Assembly (NCBI GenBank): GCA_963801165.1
Contig: CAWDDT010000004.1
Coordinates: 704,001 to 768,000 of the forward strand
Length of the DNA stretch: 64,000 bases
Reading direction: 5' to 3'
DNA from: an uncultured bacterium
GTDB lineage: Bacteria; Actinomycetota; Acidimicrobiia; Spongiisociales; UBA5794
Positions 31,040-41,139 of this stretch are shown here, one piece after another. The notes under the pieces are model-generated. The model was not told where the DNA came from, made no database searches, and saw only the letters and a list, made by a program, of their open reading frames with translations. The stretch's first letter is position 1; the number at the start of each line of letters is the position of its first letter. Both the position numbers and the translations under genes were made by a program.

Positions 31040-31740
31040 CAGCGGAACATGTCCTCACCGGCCGAGCGCACTAGATCGGTGAGCCTGCCTTCGCCGGGTT
31101 GCCACGCCACTCCCCGCACTACGGCTACCGGGATTGCCGTGGACTTCCCCATTGCCAGATCGGCTGCTGCGGCGATCTCGTCCACGATGGCGATCTCGGT
31201 TGCTTCCATGATGCGACCGTTGGCATCGGGTCGTCCTCGGTGATCATCGATGGCCGCGATGCCGGAGATCCCGATGGCGATGTCGGTTTGACCGCGGCGC
31301 CAGGCTCTTCCGAACGTATCGGTGACGATCACGGGCACGTCGACGCCGGTTGCTTGTCGCACCCGCATACGAATCCCATGTGCCGACCGGTCCGGGTCGA
31401 GGGGCAATAACACGGCCCGATCGCCCGTTACGTTGGAGCGGTCGACCCCGGCGTTGGCGCAGATGAATCCGTGCCGCGTCTGGGCGATGACAAGATCACC
31501 GCGTCTCCGGATAATCGCCCTGGCTTCCGCTTCGATGGCGGTGCGATAGGCAGTCTCGTCGACAGCTTCGAAGATCCGTCCTTCGGCTTTGGAGACGATC
31601 TTGTGAGTGACGACTAGCACGTCACCGGGCTGCACCTCGGGCCCGGACGTCTCTATGGCGGCGATGATCAGAGCAGCGACATCGTTGCCCGGCTCGACTT
31701 CGGGAATGCCCGTTACCGGGAAGATCTGGACGGTTTGCAT
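31039..31740 (-). CDS. cofE: Coenzyme F420-0:gamma-glutamyl ligase
   Basis: GIPEV, KIVSKAEG, ANAGVDRSN, DTFGRAWRRGQ, DEIAAAADL. ATG overlaps the cofD stop (TGATG). Confidence 0.93.
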   Translation of the reverse strand: MQTVQIFPVTGIPEVEPGNDVAALIIAAIETSGPEVQPGDVLVVTHKIVSKAEGRIFEAVDETAYRTAIEAEARAIIRRRGDLVIAQTRHGFICANAGVDRSNVTGDRAVLLPLDPDRSAHGIRMRVRQATGVDVPVIVTDTFGRAWRRGQTDIAIGISGIAAIDDHRGRPDANGRIMEATEIAIVDEIAAAADLAMGKSTAIPVAVVRGVAWQPGEGRLTDLVRSAGEDMFR

Positions 31741-32654
31741 CAGGCCATGGTATCCATCAGCCATGTACCAAAGCGCGCTCCCTCAGCAGCGGTGATCATC
31801 CTGGTGTCGGCGGCTACGACCTCGACGCTGGGGGTGGATAGCGCTTCGTCCGCCGCGTCGGTGGTGTCGACGACCAACGTGGAGATGAGCCCGCGGTAGG
31901 CCTCGAGGATTCCAGCGGTGCCCGGGGGGAGACCGAGCGACGCGAGCACGCGGTCGGCCGGTCCCTTCAGCGCCTTCCCGGCAAAGAGCGGGCTGACCGC
32001 GACTACCCGTTGTGCCGCGGAAACGGCATCACGCACGTCGGGGACGGCGAGGATCGGCCATATCGACAGCGGCGGATTCGACGGGGCGATGACAACGAGA
32101 TCGGCCGATTCGATGGCTTCCATCACGCCCGGTGCGGGTACCGGCGGCCCGCTCGTCATGTAGTCGACCGCGGTGACCTCATCCTCGTGACGTCGTATGA
32201 CGAAGTACTCCTGAAACGGCAGCCACGATCCGTCCCGGATCTTCACGGTGGTCCTGAGCTCGGCGTCGGTAGCAGGCAAGATGTGTGCGTCCACTCCGAG
32301 CGAGCGGGCGATCGTCGTGGTGATGGTCGACAGCGGCACCCCGGCGCGCAATGCTTCGCTGCGGCGCAGACACGTGGCGAGATCGCGATCGCCCAGCCGG
32401 AACGAGACATCGTCGCCACGGCGCTCCAGCTCGGCCATCACGCCGAACGTGTCGCCGGCGATTCCCCAGCCATGTGGGCCCTCGATGCCGGCGAGCGTGT
32501 AGGTCACAGTGTCGAGATCCGCCGCTACGTACGCGCCGTACATATAATCGTCGTCCCCCACGTTGACGACTAGCGTCAGTCGGTCGGGTGCGACGACACT
32601 CGATAGTGCTCGTGCCATGCGGGCGCCACCAACACCACCACAGAGCACAACCAC
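31740..32654 (-). CDS. cofD: 2-phospho-L-lactate transferase
   Basis: LCGGVGGAR, NVGDD, DLDTVTYTLAG, LGDRDLAT, FQEYFV, PSNP..SI.PIL, KGPAD. Confidence 0.93.
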   Translation of the reverse strand: MVVLCGGVGGARMARALSSVVAPDRLTLVVNVGDDDYMYGAYVAADLDTVTYTLAGIEGPHGWGIAGDTFGVMAELERRGDDVSFRLGDRDLATCLRRSEALRAGVPLSTITTTIARSLGVDAHILPATDAELRTTVKIRDGSWLPFQEYFVIRRHEDEVTAVDYMTSGPPVPAPGVMEAIESADLVVIAPSNPPLSIWPILAVPDVRDAVSAAQRVVAVSPLFAGKALKGPADRVLASLGLPPGTAGILEAYRGLISTLVVDTTDAADEALSTPSVEVVAADTRMITAAEGARFGTWLMDTMA

Positions 32655-32655
32655 G

Positions 32656-32703
32656 TCAAGATTGCTAACGACTTCAAGATTGCTAGCGACTTCAAGATTG
32701 CTA
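32656..32703. repeat. 18-bp tandem repeat, about 2.7 copies, in the cofD/GT2 divergent intergenic region
   Basis: tcaagattgcta at 32656, 32674 and 32692. Confidence 0.9.
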
Positions 32704-32724
32704 TAGATCGGTCACAACTCCAGA

Positions 32725-35499
32725 ATGCGGCCTATGCCATCCCCCGGGACCCCACAACCTACCGTTGTTGCTGCCGTGCTCGCGCTCGACAGCGCCGACA
32801 TCGCTGACACCATCGCCCGGGTGCGGTCTCAAGTCTACGAGACGGCGCGGATCGTTGTCGTCGGGTCGGGGAGCACCGGCCGCCATGCAGCCGACGGTGC
32901 CGGGGTCGACTGGATGAGCTCTATCCCCAACCTTCTGGGCACGATCGATCACTCGGTAACGCATTTGTGGCTTTTGTACGCCGGTGCCCTACCCAGACCC
33001 GATGCGCTCGAGGCTCTCGTGCTCGAGTCGGAGCGCTCCGACGCCGCGGTCGCCGGCTCGAAGCTGGTCCGTGCCGATGACCCGGAGAGGCTGATCGCAG
33101 TAGGAATCGCGACGGACGTCTTCGACGTTCCCTACCTCGGTCTCGAAGACGACGAGATCGATGCCGGACAGTACGACGTCGTGCGTGATGTCGCTGCCGT
33201 GGCCGCCATCTCGATGCTGATCCGGCGTGACCTCGCCCGCGGGGTGGGTGGTCCCGATCCGATGATGCCACCCGAGGCCGCCGCCATCGATCTGTGCCAA
33301 CGGGCCCGGTTGCGTGGGGCTCGTGTCGTCGTGGTGCCGTCGTCCGAGGTGCTGTTTCCGGCGGAGCGGTTCCGGGCCGAATCGTGGCGGGAGGGGGCCG
33401 GGCGGATCCGGGCGATGCTCAAGGTGTACAGCCTGCTGACGCTCGTTTGGGCGATACCGCTGCGGTTCCTGATCGGCTTGCTGGAGGCGATCGTGAGCCC
33501 GTTCCTCGGTCGCTGGTTGCTGTTCGATTACCTGCGAGCGTGGGCATGGAACCTGTGGCACCTGCCCTCCCTGGTGAGGGAGCGGCTATCGGCACGCAAA
33601 GGCAAGGCGTTCGGAGATGCCGAGCTGTTCAGGTTCCAGATGCGTGGCTCCGCGGTCATCTCCGACCTTGGTAGCGAGATCGGGGGTCGTCTCCGCGAGC
33701 GAATCGACCGCAGCGACGGGCTGAGCCTCTCGTCCATCGGGAGCGATCTCAGGCAACCCGCCTTCATCGTCGGTGTCTTGACCGTGCTCATATCGCTTCT
33801 CGCCGTTCGTTCCCTGTGGTCCGTCGGGTGGCCCGCGGTCGGGCACAGCATGCCGTTGCCCGACTCGGGAGGCGCCGCGGTCGGGGCATACGCCGGCGGT
33901 TGGAACCCGGGAGGTTTTGGCTCGGTACAGCAGCTACCGCCGTTGGTTGGCCTCTCTGGTGGCGTGCAGTGGCTTCTTCTCGACTCGCCGCAGCTGGCGG
34001 CCTGGACTCTCAGCATGGCGGCGATCGTCGCCGGGATCTGGGGCACGGTCCGGCTGATGCGGGCCTTCGACATCGAGGTCGTTGCCGGGTGGGCAGCCGG
34101 TATCGTGCTGGTAGCCGGGCCTGCTGCCCAGGCCATCGGAGATAGAACGGCGCTCGGCCAGTTGCTTGCCCTCGGTGTGCTTCCGTGGGCGATTCGGGTG
34201 GCGCTTGCCCGCTGGCCACGCGGCCGGCTGCGTCGTCTGGGGCGTATCGCCGCTGTGGCGTGGGTCGTGGGTCTCCTCGGTGTTCTGGCACCACCCCTGC
34301 TCGTTGTGCCGGTAGGCGTGCTGCTCATCAACGCGCTGCTCCAGCCTCGCGGCAAGGCGGCATGGGTTTCGCTGGCGATTGGCATCATCGGGTCGGTGTT
34401 CGCCCTCCCGATCCTGCTCCCGTGGATCGCCGTGCAGGACCTGCACACGTACCTGACCGCCGGAAGCGAGTACTGGACGCCGGCGGTGATCCCTGTCGTC
34501 GCCATCGGCGCAGCCTTTCTCGCTGGTGTGGTCAGCGCGTCGGGTCGGCAGCTGAATGCGGTGCTGCTCGGGGGGATGCTCGTCGGTGCAGGCGCTCTTG
34601 TGGCCCGGGGATACGACCTGGGGCTGGGCAGAGAGGTTGCCGTATCCGGGCTTGCGGTTGTCGCCCTCGGTACTGCCCTCGTAGTCGGTGGTGTCCTCGA
34701 CTCGCTGCGCCTGGGCGAGATACACGGCTGGCGCAGGATCCTTCTCGGCGTGGGGACCCTGGGTGGTGTGGTCCTGGTGGCTCTGACCTTGGTACCGCTC
34801 TATCACGGCCGAGCATCTCTCCCGGCCGACCAGCTCACCGATTCGCTCCGCTTCACCGCCGCCGCCGAAGGCGATGCAACCGCATCGCGGATCTTGCTGG
34901 TTGGACCAGAGGACACCCTGCCCGGCGACTCGCGTGTGGTGCGCGGTGCGGCGTACCGGGTGATCTCGGCACCGGTTCCGGCGCTATGGGAGCTCGATCT
35001 CCCAGATCCGACGGGGCCGGACGACGCCCTGGAGTCGCTGTTGCTCGATCTGATCGACGGCGAGCAGTCGCGCGCAGGTGCGTCCCTGGCGTCTTTCGGG
35101 ATCCGGTGGGTAGTAGTAACGGGCGACACGCCGCTGGAGGCGGTTTTCGACGGCCAGCTCGATCTGGTTCGTCTCGGTGGGGCGAGGCGCCCGACGTTCC
35201 TCGTCGACAGCGACAATGCGGTGCGAGCGCTCACCTCAGGCGACGAGACGTGGACGCGTTCCGGTACCGGTTACGCGGGCGACGCAGCGGGCGGCGAGAG
35301 GGTGTTCGTCGCCGAAACCGCCAACACACGCTGGGGACCGGGGCCGTGGAGTCAGGTCGGCTGGGGCAATGAGGTGTCGGCGGCGGAGGGAACAGCCGGG
35401 TTCTCGCCGATCAGGCCGCGGCGCAATGAGGCCACTATGGCGGCCGGGGTATTTGCCTTTCTCGTGCTGTTCTCAGGTTTTGCAAGGAGGCGGCGATGA
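32725..35499 (+). CDS. Large GT2-like glycosyltransferase / multi-pass membrane protein (conserved actinobacterial neighbour of DUF5719)
   Basis: Degenerate N-terminal GT2 fold (E.DAGQYD, DLCQRARLRG), then many TM segments; synteny. Confidence 0.7.
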   Translation: MRPMPSPGTPQPTVVAAVLALDSADIADTIARVRSQVYETARIVVVGSGSTGRHAADGAGVDWMSSIPNLLGTIDHSVTHLWLLYAGALPRPDALEALVLESERSDAAVAGSKLVRADDPERLIAVGIATDVFDVPYLGLEDDEIDAGQYDVVRDVAAVAAISMLIRRDLARGVGGPDPMMPPEAAAIDLCQRARLRGARVVVVPSSEVLFPAERFRAESWREGAGRIRAMLKVYSLLTLVWAIPLRFLIGLLEAIVSPFLGRWLLFDYLRAWAWNLWHLPSLVRERLSARKGKAFGDAELFRFQMRGSAVISDLGSEIGGRLRERIDRSDGLSLSSIGSDLRQPAFIVGVLTVLISLLAVRSLWSVGWPAVGHSMPLPDSGGAAVGAYAGGWNPGGFGSVQQLPPLVGLSGGVQWLLLDSPQLAAWTLSMAAIVAGIWGTVRLMRAFDIEVVAGWAAGIVLVAGPAAQAIGDRTALGQLLALGVLPWAIRVALARWPRGRLRRLGRIAAVAWVVGLLGVLAPPLLVVPVGVLLINALLQPRGKAAWVSLAIGIIGSVFALPILLPWIAVQDLHTYLTAGSEYWTPAVIPVVAIGAAFLAGVVSASGRQLNAVLLGGMLVGAGALVARGYDLGLGREVAVSGLAVVALGTALVVGGVLDSLRLGEIHGWRRILLGVGTLGGVVLVALTLVPLYHGRASLPADQLTDSLRFTAAAEGDATASRILLVGPEDTLPGDSRVVRGAAYRVISAPVPALWELDLPDPTGPDDALESLLLDLIDGEQSRAGASLASFGIRWVVVTGDTPLEAVFDGQLDLVRLGGARRPTFLVDSDNAVRALTSGDETWTRSGTGYAGDAAGGERVFVAETANTRWGPGPWSQVGWGNEVSAAEGTAGFSPIRPRRNEATMAAGVFAFLVLFSGFARRRR

Positions 35500-36884
35500 A
35501 GCGGATTCTGGTCGTGATCGTCGTCGCGGCAAGCATCTACGGTGCGCTCGCCCTCAATAGCCCCGACGCACCTGTCGGGCCCGATTTCACCGGCCCCGTC
35601 GAGCGGGAGTCCGCGGCATCTGCCACGGCCAGCGTTTGGTACTGCACGTGGGCCGCCAGCGGAGCACTGCGCGACTCGACTGCGATGATTGCTGCCAACA
35701 CGCCTGTTACCGCCTCGCTGACCCTGCCGCAGCAGATTGTCGGCGAGGATCCGGACACCGATCAGGTGATACTCAGCAGCCCCGGAGCGGTCGCTGTCGA
35801 CGTGGGCGAGATCGTGCGGCGTGGCGATACGCCGATGTTCGTCGAGTTCGACGGCGGGCCGGCGGCGGTCGCGGTCGTAGTTGAGAGCGACTCGTTGCTC
35901 ACCGGCGACGGGTGTCTTTCTCGCATCCCCAAGGTCTGGGAGCTGCCGGGCGGCAGCACCAGGCAAGGAAGGACGACAACAATTCGTCTCTTCAACCCGT
36001 TCCCGGAGATGGCAAAAGTCACGGTCAGCGGATCGAGCGAATCAGGGGAGACGGGCCTCGTCGATCTCCAGAGCATCGACATTCCCGGCCGTACCTGGCA
36101 AGACGTCGATCTCAACGGGCTGATTCCGCTGCTCAACGACCTGTCCTTCACTGTGACGACCAGCGAAGGCAACGTGGTCCCGTCGCTCGTCGTGGCCGGT
36201 TCCACCGACGAGGCAAGCTGGCCGGGGGAGGCTCCCTCGACTTACTGGGAGTTCCCGGTGGCGACCAGCAGCGCCGATTTCGCTCCAAGCCTCATGCTTT
36301 CGAACAACGGCACCAACCCGGCGAATGCGACGATCGACGTGTACACGGCCGACGGCGCCACTGCCGATGCACGCCAGGTGGTTGTGGACCCGTCCATCCC
36401 GAAACGGATCGATCTCAGCGATCTCGCTGACGGTGCCATGGGCGTGAGGGTACGTGCCGATGCACCTGTGTCGGCTGTGGTCCTTGCCGAGGAGTCGCCG
36501 GAGGCGATCGTAGCTACCGGCGAAACAGACACAGGTAGCAGCGAGACCCCCGGAGACCGCATCGCAGGCACGGTCGGTGCGTCGACGCCGGCTTCGACGT
36601 GGCTACTGCCCGGGCTCCAAGCCGTGGCAGGGGCCGATTCCACCGTGTGGCTTCTCAACACGGGAACCGATGCTGCGACGGTCGTGCTCCAGCCGCTGGG
36701 CAGCGGCAGCCTGCCCACCAACAAACAGTTGGTGCCTCCCGGAACTCTGCTCGGCGTGCCGCTCGGCTACGACGCGGCCGTTGGGGGGTACTTCGTCGAG
36801 TCCACTGCCCCGATCTCGGTTGCGTGGAGCGCCGAGGAGGAAAAGGGGATCATGTTCGTCTCCGGCACCCTGGTCGATGGGTGA
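35496..36884 (+). CDS. DUF5719-like secreted/membrane-anchored protein
   Basis: N-terminal TM, WYC, W.LPGGST, L.NPFP motifs; overlaps the GT2 stop. Confidence 0.65.
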   Translation: MKRILVVIVVAASIYGALALNSPDAPVGPDFTGPVERESAASATASVWYCTWAASGALRDSTAMIAANTPVTASLTLPQQIVGEDPDTDQVILSSPGAVAVDVGEIVRRGDTPMFVEFDGGPAAVAVVVESDSLLTGDGCLSRIPKVWELPGGSTRQGRTTTIRLFNPFPEMAKVTVSGSSESGETGLVDLQSIDIPGRTWQDVDLNGLIPLLNDLSFTVTTSEGNVVPSLVVAGSTDEASWPGEAPSTYWEFPVATSSADFAPSLMLSNNGTNPANATIDVYTADGATADARQVVVDPSIPKRIDLSDLADGAMGVRVRADAPVSAVVLAEESPEAIVATGETDTGSSETPGDRIAGTVGASTPASTWLLPGLQAVAGADSTVWLLNTGTDAATVVLQPLGSGSLPTNKQLVPPGTLLGVPLGYDAAVGGYFVESTAPISVAWSAEEEKGIMFVSGTLVDG

Positions 36885-37254
36885 CCCGCTGCTCCGGCTG
36901 CTGCTCGTCGCTGCCGTCATCGTCGCCGCTGCGGGGTTGGGGTGGCTGGCCCGCCGGAGCCTTGTCGATCACCCGCCCGTGGACATCGCCGGTGCCGGCT
37001 TCGAGCCGGGCCTCGTCGTCTTCACGTCGACGGAGTGCGGGCGGTGCCATGACGTGCTCGCCGCTGCCCGGGCCACGGGTGCTCCGCTGCGTGAGGTCAC
37101 CTATGAGCTCGAGGCCGATCTCCAGGAGCAGGTCGGGGTAGTCGGAGTTCCCCTCACGCTCGTCATCGATCGCTCAGGAGCAATTGCTCGCCAGTTCGCC
37201 GGCTTGGTGAGCAGGCGCCGGTTGCGACGCACCCTACGCGACACGGGGTTGTGA
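36877..37254 (+). CDS. Membrane-anchored thioredoxin-like protein
   Basis: TM helix, FTSTECGRC (CxxC), cis-Pro motif GVPLT. Confidence 0.7.
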   Translation: MGDPLLRLLLVAAVIVAAAGLGWLARRSLVDHPPVDIAGAGFEPGLVVFTSTECGRCHDVLAAARATGAPLREVTYELEADLQEQVGVVGVPLTLVIDRSGAIARQFAGLVSRRRLRRTLRDTGL

Positions 37255-37321
37255 CCGCCGCCCCGGTCGACTACTCCACATATCCACCGCCGCCCGTGCG
37301 TCTGCCGCTAGCGTCACCCTC

Positions 37322-37399
37322 CTGATGACATGTACAAGACCCGATGAGATGTACAAGATCCCGATGAGATGTACAAGATCCCGATGAGATGTACAAGAT
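37322..37399. repeat. 20-bp tandem repeat x4 overlapping the DUF3499 start
   Basis: ccgatgagatgtacaagatc at 37341, 37361 and 37381, plus a degenerate copy at 37322. Confidence 0.92.
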
Positions 37400-37599
37400 G
37401 TGCCTCCCCGGCGGAATCGGTGATGTCGTTTGACTATGCGACCCGAGCGATGTGGTTGACCGATATCAGCAGCAGCCTCGAACCGGGCACCGGCTACCCG
37501 ATGTGCGCCCTTCACGCAGCGCGGCTCGGCGCTCCGGTCGGCTGGACACTCACCGATCGCAGGTCCCCAATGGCCCGCCTGTTCGCCGTCCCCGCCTAG
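37384..37599 (+). CDS. DUF3499 family protein
   Basis: MRCTRC...FDY...W...MCALHA.RL.APVGW pattern; typical position upstream of manB. Confidence 0.75.
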   Translation: MRCTRCASPAESVMSFDYATRAMWLTDISSSLEPGTGYPMCALHAARLGAPVGWTLTDRRSPMARLFAVPA

Positions 37600-37603
37600 C
37601 GAT

Positions 37604-37882
37604 ATGCCGATCGATCGTGAGGTGCTCGAAGCGGTCCGCGAGATGGAGGAGCCAGAGCTGCGCCGGCTCCTCATCCTGGCACGGGCGCGGCTCGAGACTT
37701 TGGGGGTCTTCGACGCCGCCAACGAACCGGAGGTAAAGCTGCGCAGACAGCTGGTGAAGTGCGGCAAGCCATCATGCACCGCCTGTCCGCACGGCCCGTA
37801 TTGGTATGCATACTGGTGGGAGGACGGCAAGCGCCGGTCGCGGTATGTCGGCAAGCTCGAGGAGATTCCCGAGATGGCGTAG
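37604..37882 (+). CDS. Small putative Zn-binding protein (DUF6788-like)
   Basis: VKCGKPSCTACPHGPYWYAYW.EDGK.RSRYVGK. Confidence 0.7.
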   Translation: MPIDREVLEAVREMEEPELRRLLILARARLETLGVFDAANEPEVKLRRQLVKCGKPSCTACPHGPYWYAYWWEDGKRRSRYVGKLEEIPEMA

Positions 37883-38045
37883 GAGAACGTCGATTTCTCG
37901 GCGTGTCGGTCGCCTGGATCCGATCCGACCGCGTTATCGACGTGGCGTCGGGCTCTAGCCGGAATCCGTCACCACGCACCCGCGACGGCGTTGGCCAGCT
38001 GCAAAAACCGCTTTCGGTGGTCGGCGACATGACTACTCTGGTGCC

Positions 38046-38255
38046 ATGAGTAGGAGAAGAGGTACGCCGGTTGCGCCGCTCCAGTGCCAGGCATGCGGCG
38101 CCAACAATGTGATACAGATCGAGTTGACGCTTCCGGATGGAACCGAAGTCAATTTCTGCTCGTGCCACGAATGCGAAGAGCGGTGGTGGGACCGTGATGG
38201 TGAGCCCCTCGAGTTGGACACGGTTCTAGACCTGGCACGTAACAGCCGATCCTGA
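38046..38255 (+). CDS. Small zinc-ribbon protein
   Basis: CQACG ... CSCHECE, 69 aa. Confidence 0.65.
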   Translation: MSRRRGTPVAPLQCQACGANNVIQIELTLPDGTEVNFCSCHECEERWWDRDGEPLELDTVLDLARNSRS

Positions 38256-38303
38256 CTCAGGCCGTGTGGTGCGCATCGCGCCCCCGTCCCCGGCCACTTT
38301 CGC

Positions 38304-40549
38304 GTGACAGCATCGATAACACGTCAGACGACTAGCCTGCCGTCGGTGACACCCACCTCAGTCGATTCCATCGGGGCGACGCGTAACCGGCTATTGGTCG
38401 TTCTCGCGATTCTGCTTCCCACTGTGCTGATTCTGTTGATCATGCTCGGGATAGTCGCCAGCGTCACACCCAAGGATGTGTTCCCCTATTTCAACCTCGA
38501 CGTCCACTGGCCGTCACTTCTGTTGGCGAACACACCGACCGGAGGGGACATGGGGGCCCATGTTGTGCTCCCAGAGGTGCTGCGGGACTCGCTCCTACCC
38601 TCGGGCCGGATCCTGGGCTGGAGCAACTACTGGTATGCCGGCTATCCGGTCTTCTACTTCTACTTCCCGCTTCCGGCGCTATTCACTGTTCTACTCGATG
38701 TGATTCTGCCCTACGGCGTCGCGTTCAAGATCACGACGATCGTCGGTCTCGTTGCCATGCCTGCGGCCGGGTACTACCTCGTCCGCTCGATGCGCTTCTC
38801 CCGTCCGGTTGCGGGGATCGCCGCCGCTTTCGGCTCGATGTTCGTCTTCATGGAGAGCTTTGCGATCTTCGGTGGCAACATCAAGTCGACGCTCGCCGGT
38901 GAGTTCTCGTATTCCTGGGCGTTCGCCCTGTCCCTCGTCTATCTGGGAATGGTGATCAGAAACACCGCGAGGGAAAGCGATTCACGCCGGCGGCGGCTGC
39001 GGTGCTGGCGTTGACTGCGTTATGCCATATCGTCCCGACGCTGGTGGTGGTCGTGGTGTCGCTGCCGTTGTTCTTGCGTAAGAGCCGGCGGGCTCAGGTG
39101 GTGGGTTCCTGGGTGCTCGGGTTCGCGCTTGTCGCGTTCTGGGCGCTCCCGGTCGCGGCGCGGATCGCGGGCGGTCTCTCCACCGACATGGGGTGGACAC
39201 CACTGACCGGCATAAAGGGCGCCGGCATTTCCAATGTGGGTACGCCCTTTGCCAGCGAGTTCATTCCCATTGTCGTGCTGGGTCTGGTCGGGATTGTCTG
39301 GTCGCTGCTCCGCCGGGAAGACGTCCGGGTTCTATTGACCATGACGATCTTGCCCTTCCTCATGTACCTGCTGATCGGCGAGCAGGGGTGGACGATCCTT
39401 TACAACGCCCGCTTGCTCCCATACTGGTTCACGGGCTTGTTCCTGTTCGCCGGTATTGCCACCGGGCTGGCCGTCACCAGGCTCGCACGATGGCTACCAA
39501 ACAGGCACGAGAACACGGTGATCTTTGGCTTTGTGGCGGTTGCATTGACCCTGGCCATAACCATCCTCGGTATCCACGACGTCCCGGGCTGGGTCAACTG
39601 GAATTATCAAGGATATGAGGGTAAGAGCACCTTCCCAGAGCTACAGGCGATGATGAAGGACATCGACAAGCTCCCCGACGGAAGGGTCATGTGGGAGTAC
39701 GACAAGGAAGTCCAGGAGCCGTATGGGACACCGATGGCCCTCATGCTCATTCCGTACTGGAGTGCAGGGCACACCACTATGGAGGGCGTGTTCTTCGAGT
39801 CTTCACTGACGACACCGTTTCACTTCCTGAACCAGGCGGAGCTGAGCCGTTCACCATCGGAGCCTGTACGGGGCCTCACCTATCGGGTGGACGATGTCGA
39901 GCGCGGGATCAAGCATCTGGCGCTGTTCAATGTCGATTACTACCTGACCCAGAGCGAGGAGATGACGTCGCAGGCGAAGCAGGCAGGGCTGGAGCCGCTA
40001 GTCGAGACGGATGCCTACACGATATTCAAGCTACCGGACACGAATCCGATTGAAGTCGCGTCATCTGTGCCGATGGTTTACGACGGTGAGGGCGACTTCC
40101 TCGACGTGGCGCTCAAATGGTACGACGATGTTGACCATCTCGATCGCTGGATCGCAGCCGACGGTCCAGCCGATTGGCCCCGCTTCGAGGATGTTGCCGG
40201 TCCTTATGACCAGGGGGATACGCTGAACACGCAGAACGCGGTGGTGTCGGATGTAGAGATCGACGACAGCCACATCTCGTTCAAGACGACCGCGGTCGGC
40301 GTGCCGCATCTCATCAAGACGTCGTACTTTCCCAACTGGAAGGCGACCGGGGCAGAAGGGCCGTACCGGGCCGCCCCGTCGCTGATGATCGTTGTGCCCA
40401 CACAGGAGGAAGTATCACTGAATTTCGGGCGCACCTGGACCGAGGATATTGGGAGGCTGCTGACCCTGGCGGCGCTGGTCTTCATAGTCTGGTGGCTACG
40501 CCGCTCCCGTCATAGGGCCGGCGACGCCGACGAACTGGCGGCCGGATGA
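38304..40549 (+). CDS. GT-C-like multi-pass membrane protein (PTPS-related/YfhO-like); one frameshift at about 38965
   Basis: GGDMGAH, GWSNYWYAGYP.FYFYFPLP, GGNI.STLAGEFS, C-terminal SYFPNW. Frames join if 'acaccgcgag' gains one C (NTREGKRFTPAAAAVLA). Confidence 0.7.
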
Positions 40550-40611
40550 CGTCGCCTCCGGGCGGAGAGCCGGCCGGAGGGTGAAGAGCACCCGAAGACA
40601 GGACAAGATTC

Positions 40612-41139
40612 TTGATCAAGTACATACGTTCGTTGCTCACCCCGACGGCCATCAGCCAGCTGGTCAAGGTAGGGATCATCGGAGTCGCCAACACCGTTGT
40701 CTCGTTTGCGCTTCTCAACGTCTTCCTCAGCCTGCTCGGAGGGACGAAGACCGTTGACGAGGGGTTCAACTGGGAGCAGTTCTGGGCGATAGCTCTATCG
40801 TTCCTCATCGCCACCGAGCTCTCGTACGTGCTCAACCGCCGGTGGGCATTCGACCTGACGAAGGCAGGCGACAAGGCACGCGAGACCGCTCACTTCGTAG
40901 GCATCAATGTGGTCGCCTGGGCGGTGACTCAGGCCGTCGTTGGGGGTGCAGACTGGATCTGGGGGCCGCTGACCCGAATCCAGCAGAACTTCTTCTACCT
41001 GCTCGCTTCGCTCGTGATAATCGTGCCGAAGTTCGCCGGCTATCGCGACATCGTGTTCCGCAAGGCGATCGACTCGCAGGCGTCACCAGCCGAAGCTGCG
41101 CAGCCAGATCCTGATGGTGTCGCGCCCCATCTCCCATAG
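40612..41139 (+). CDS. GtrA family lipid-linked sugar flippase
   Basis: QLVKVGIIGVANTVV, SYVLNRRWAF, four TM segments. Confidence 0.8.
   Translation: MIKYIRSLLTPTAISQLVKVGIIGVANTVVSFALLNVFLSLLGGTKTVDEGFNWEQFWAIALSFLIATELSYVLNRRWAFDLTKAGDKARETAHFVGINVVAWAVTQAVVGGADWIWGPLTRIQQNFFYLLASLVIIVPKFAGYRDIVFRKAIDSQASPAEAAQPDPDGVAPHLP

Noticed and set aside
38960-38980. Programmed -1 frameshift at GGGAAAG in the GT-C-like gene
   Set aside because: The heptamer is not in the required phase of the upstream frame; a single missing C in a short C run explains it as a likely sequencing error.
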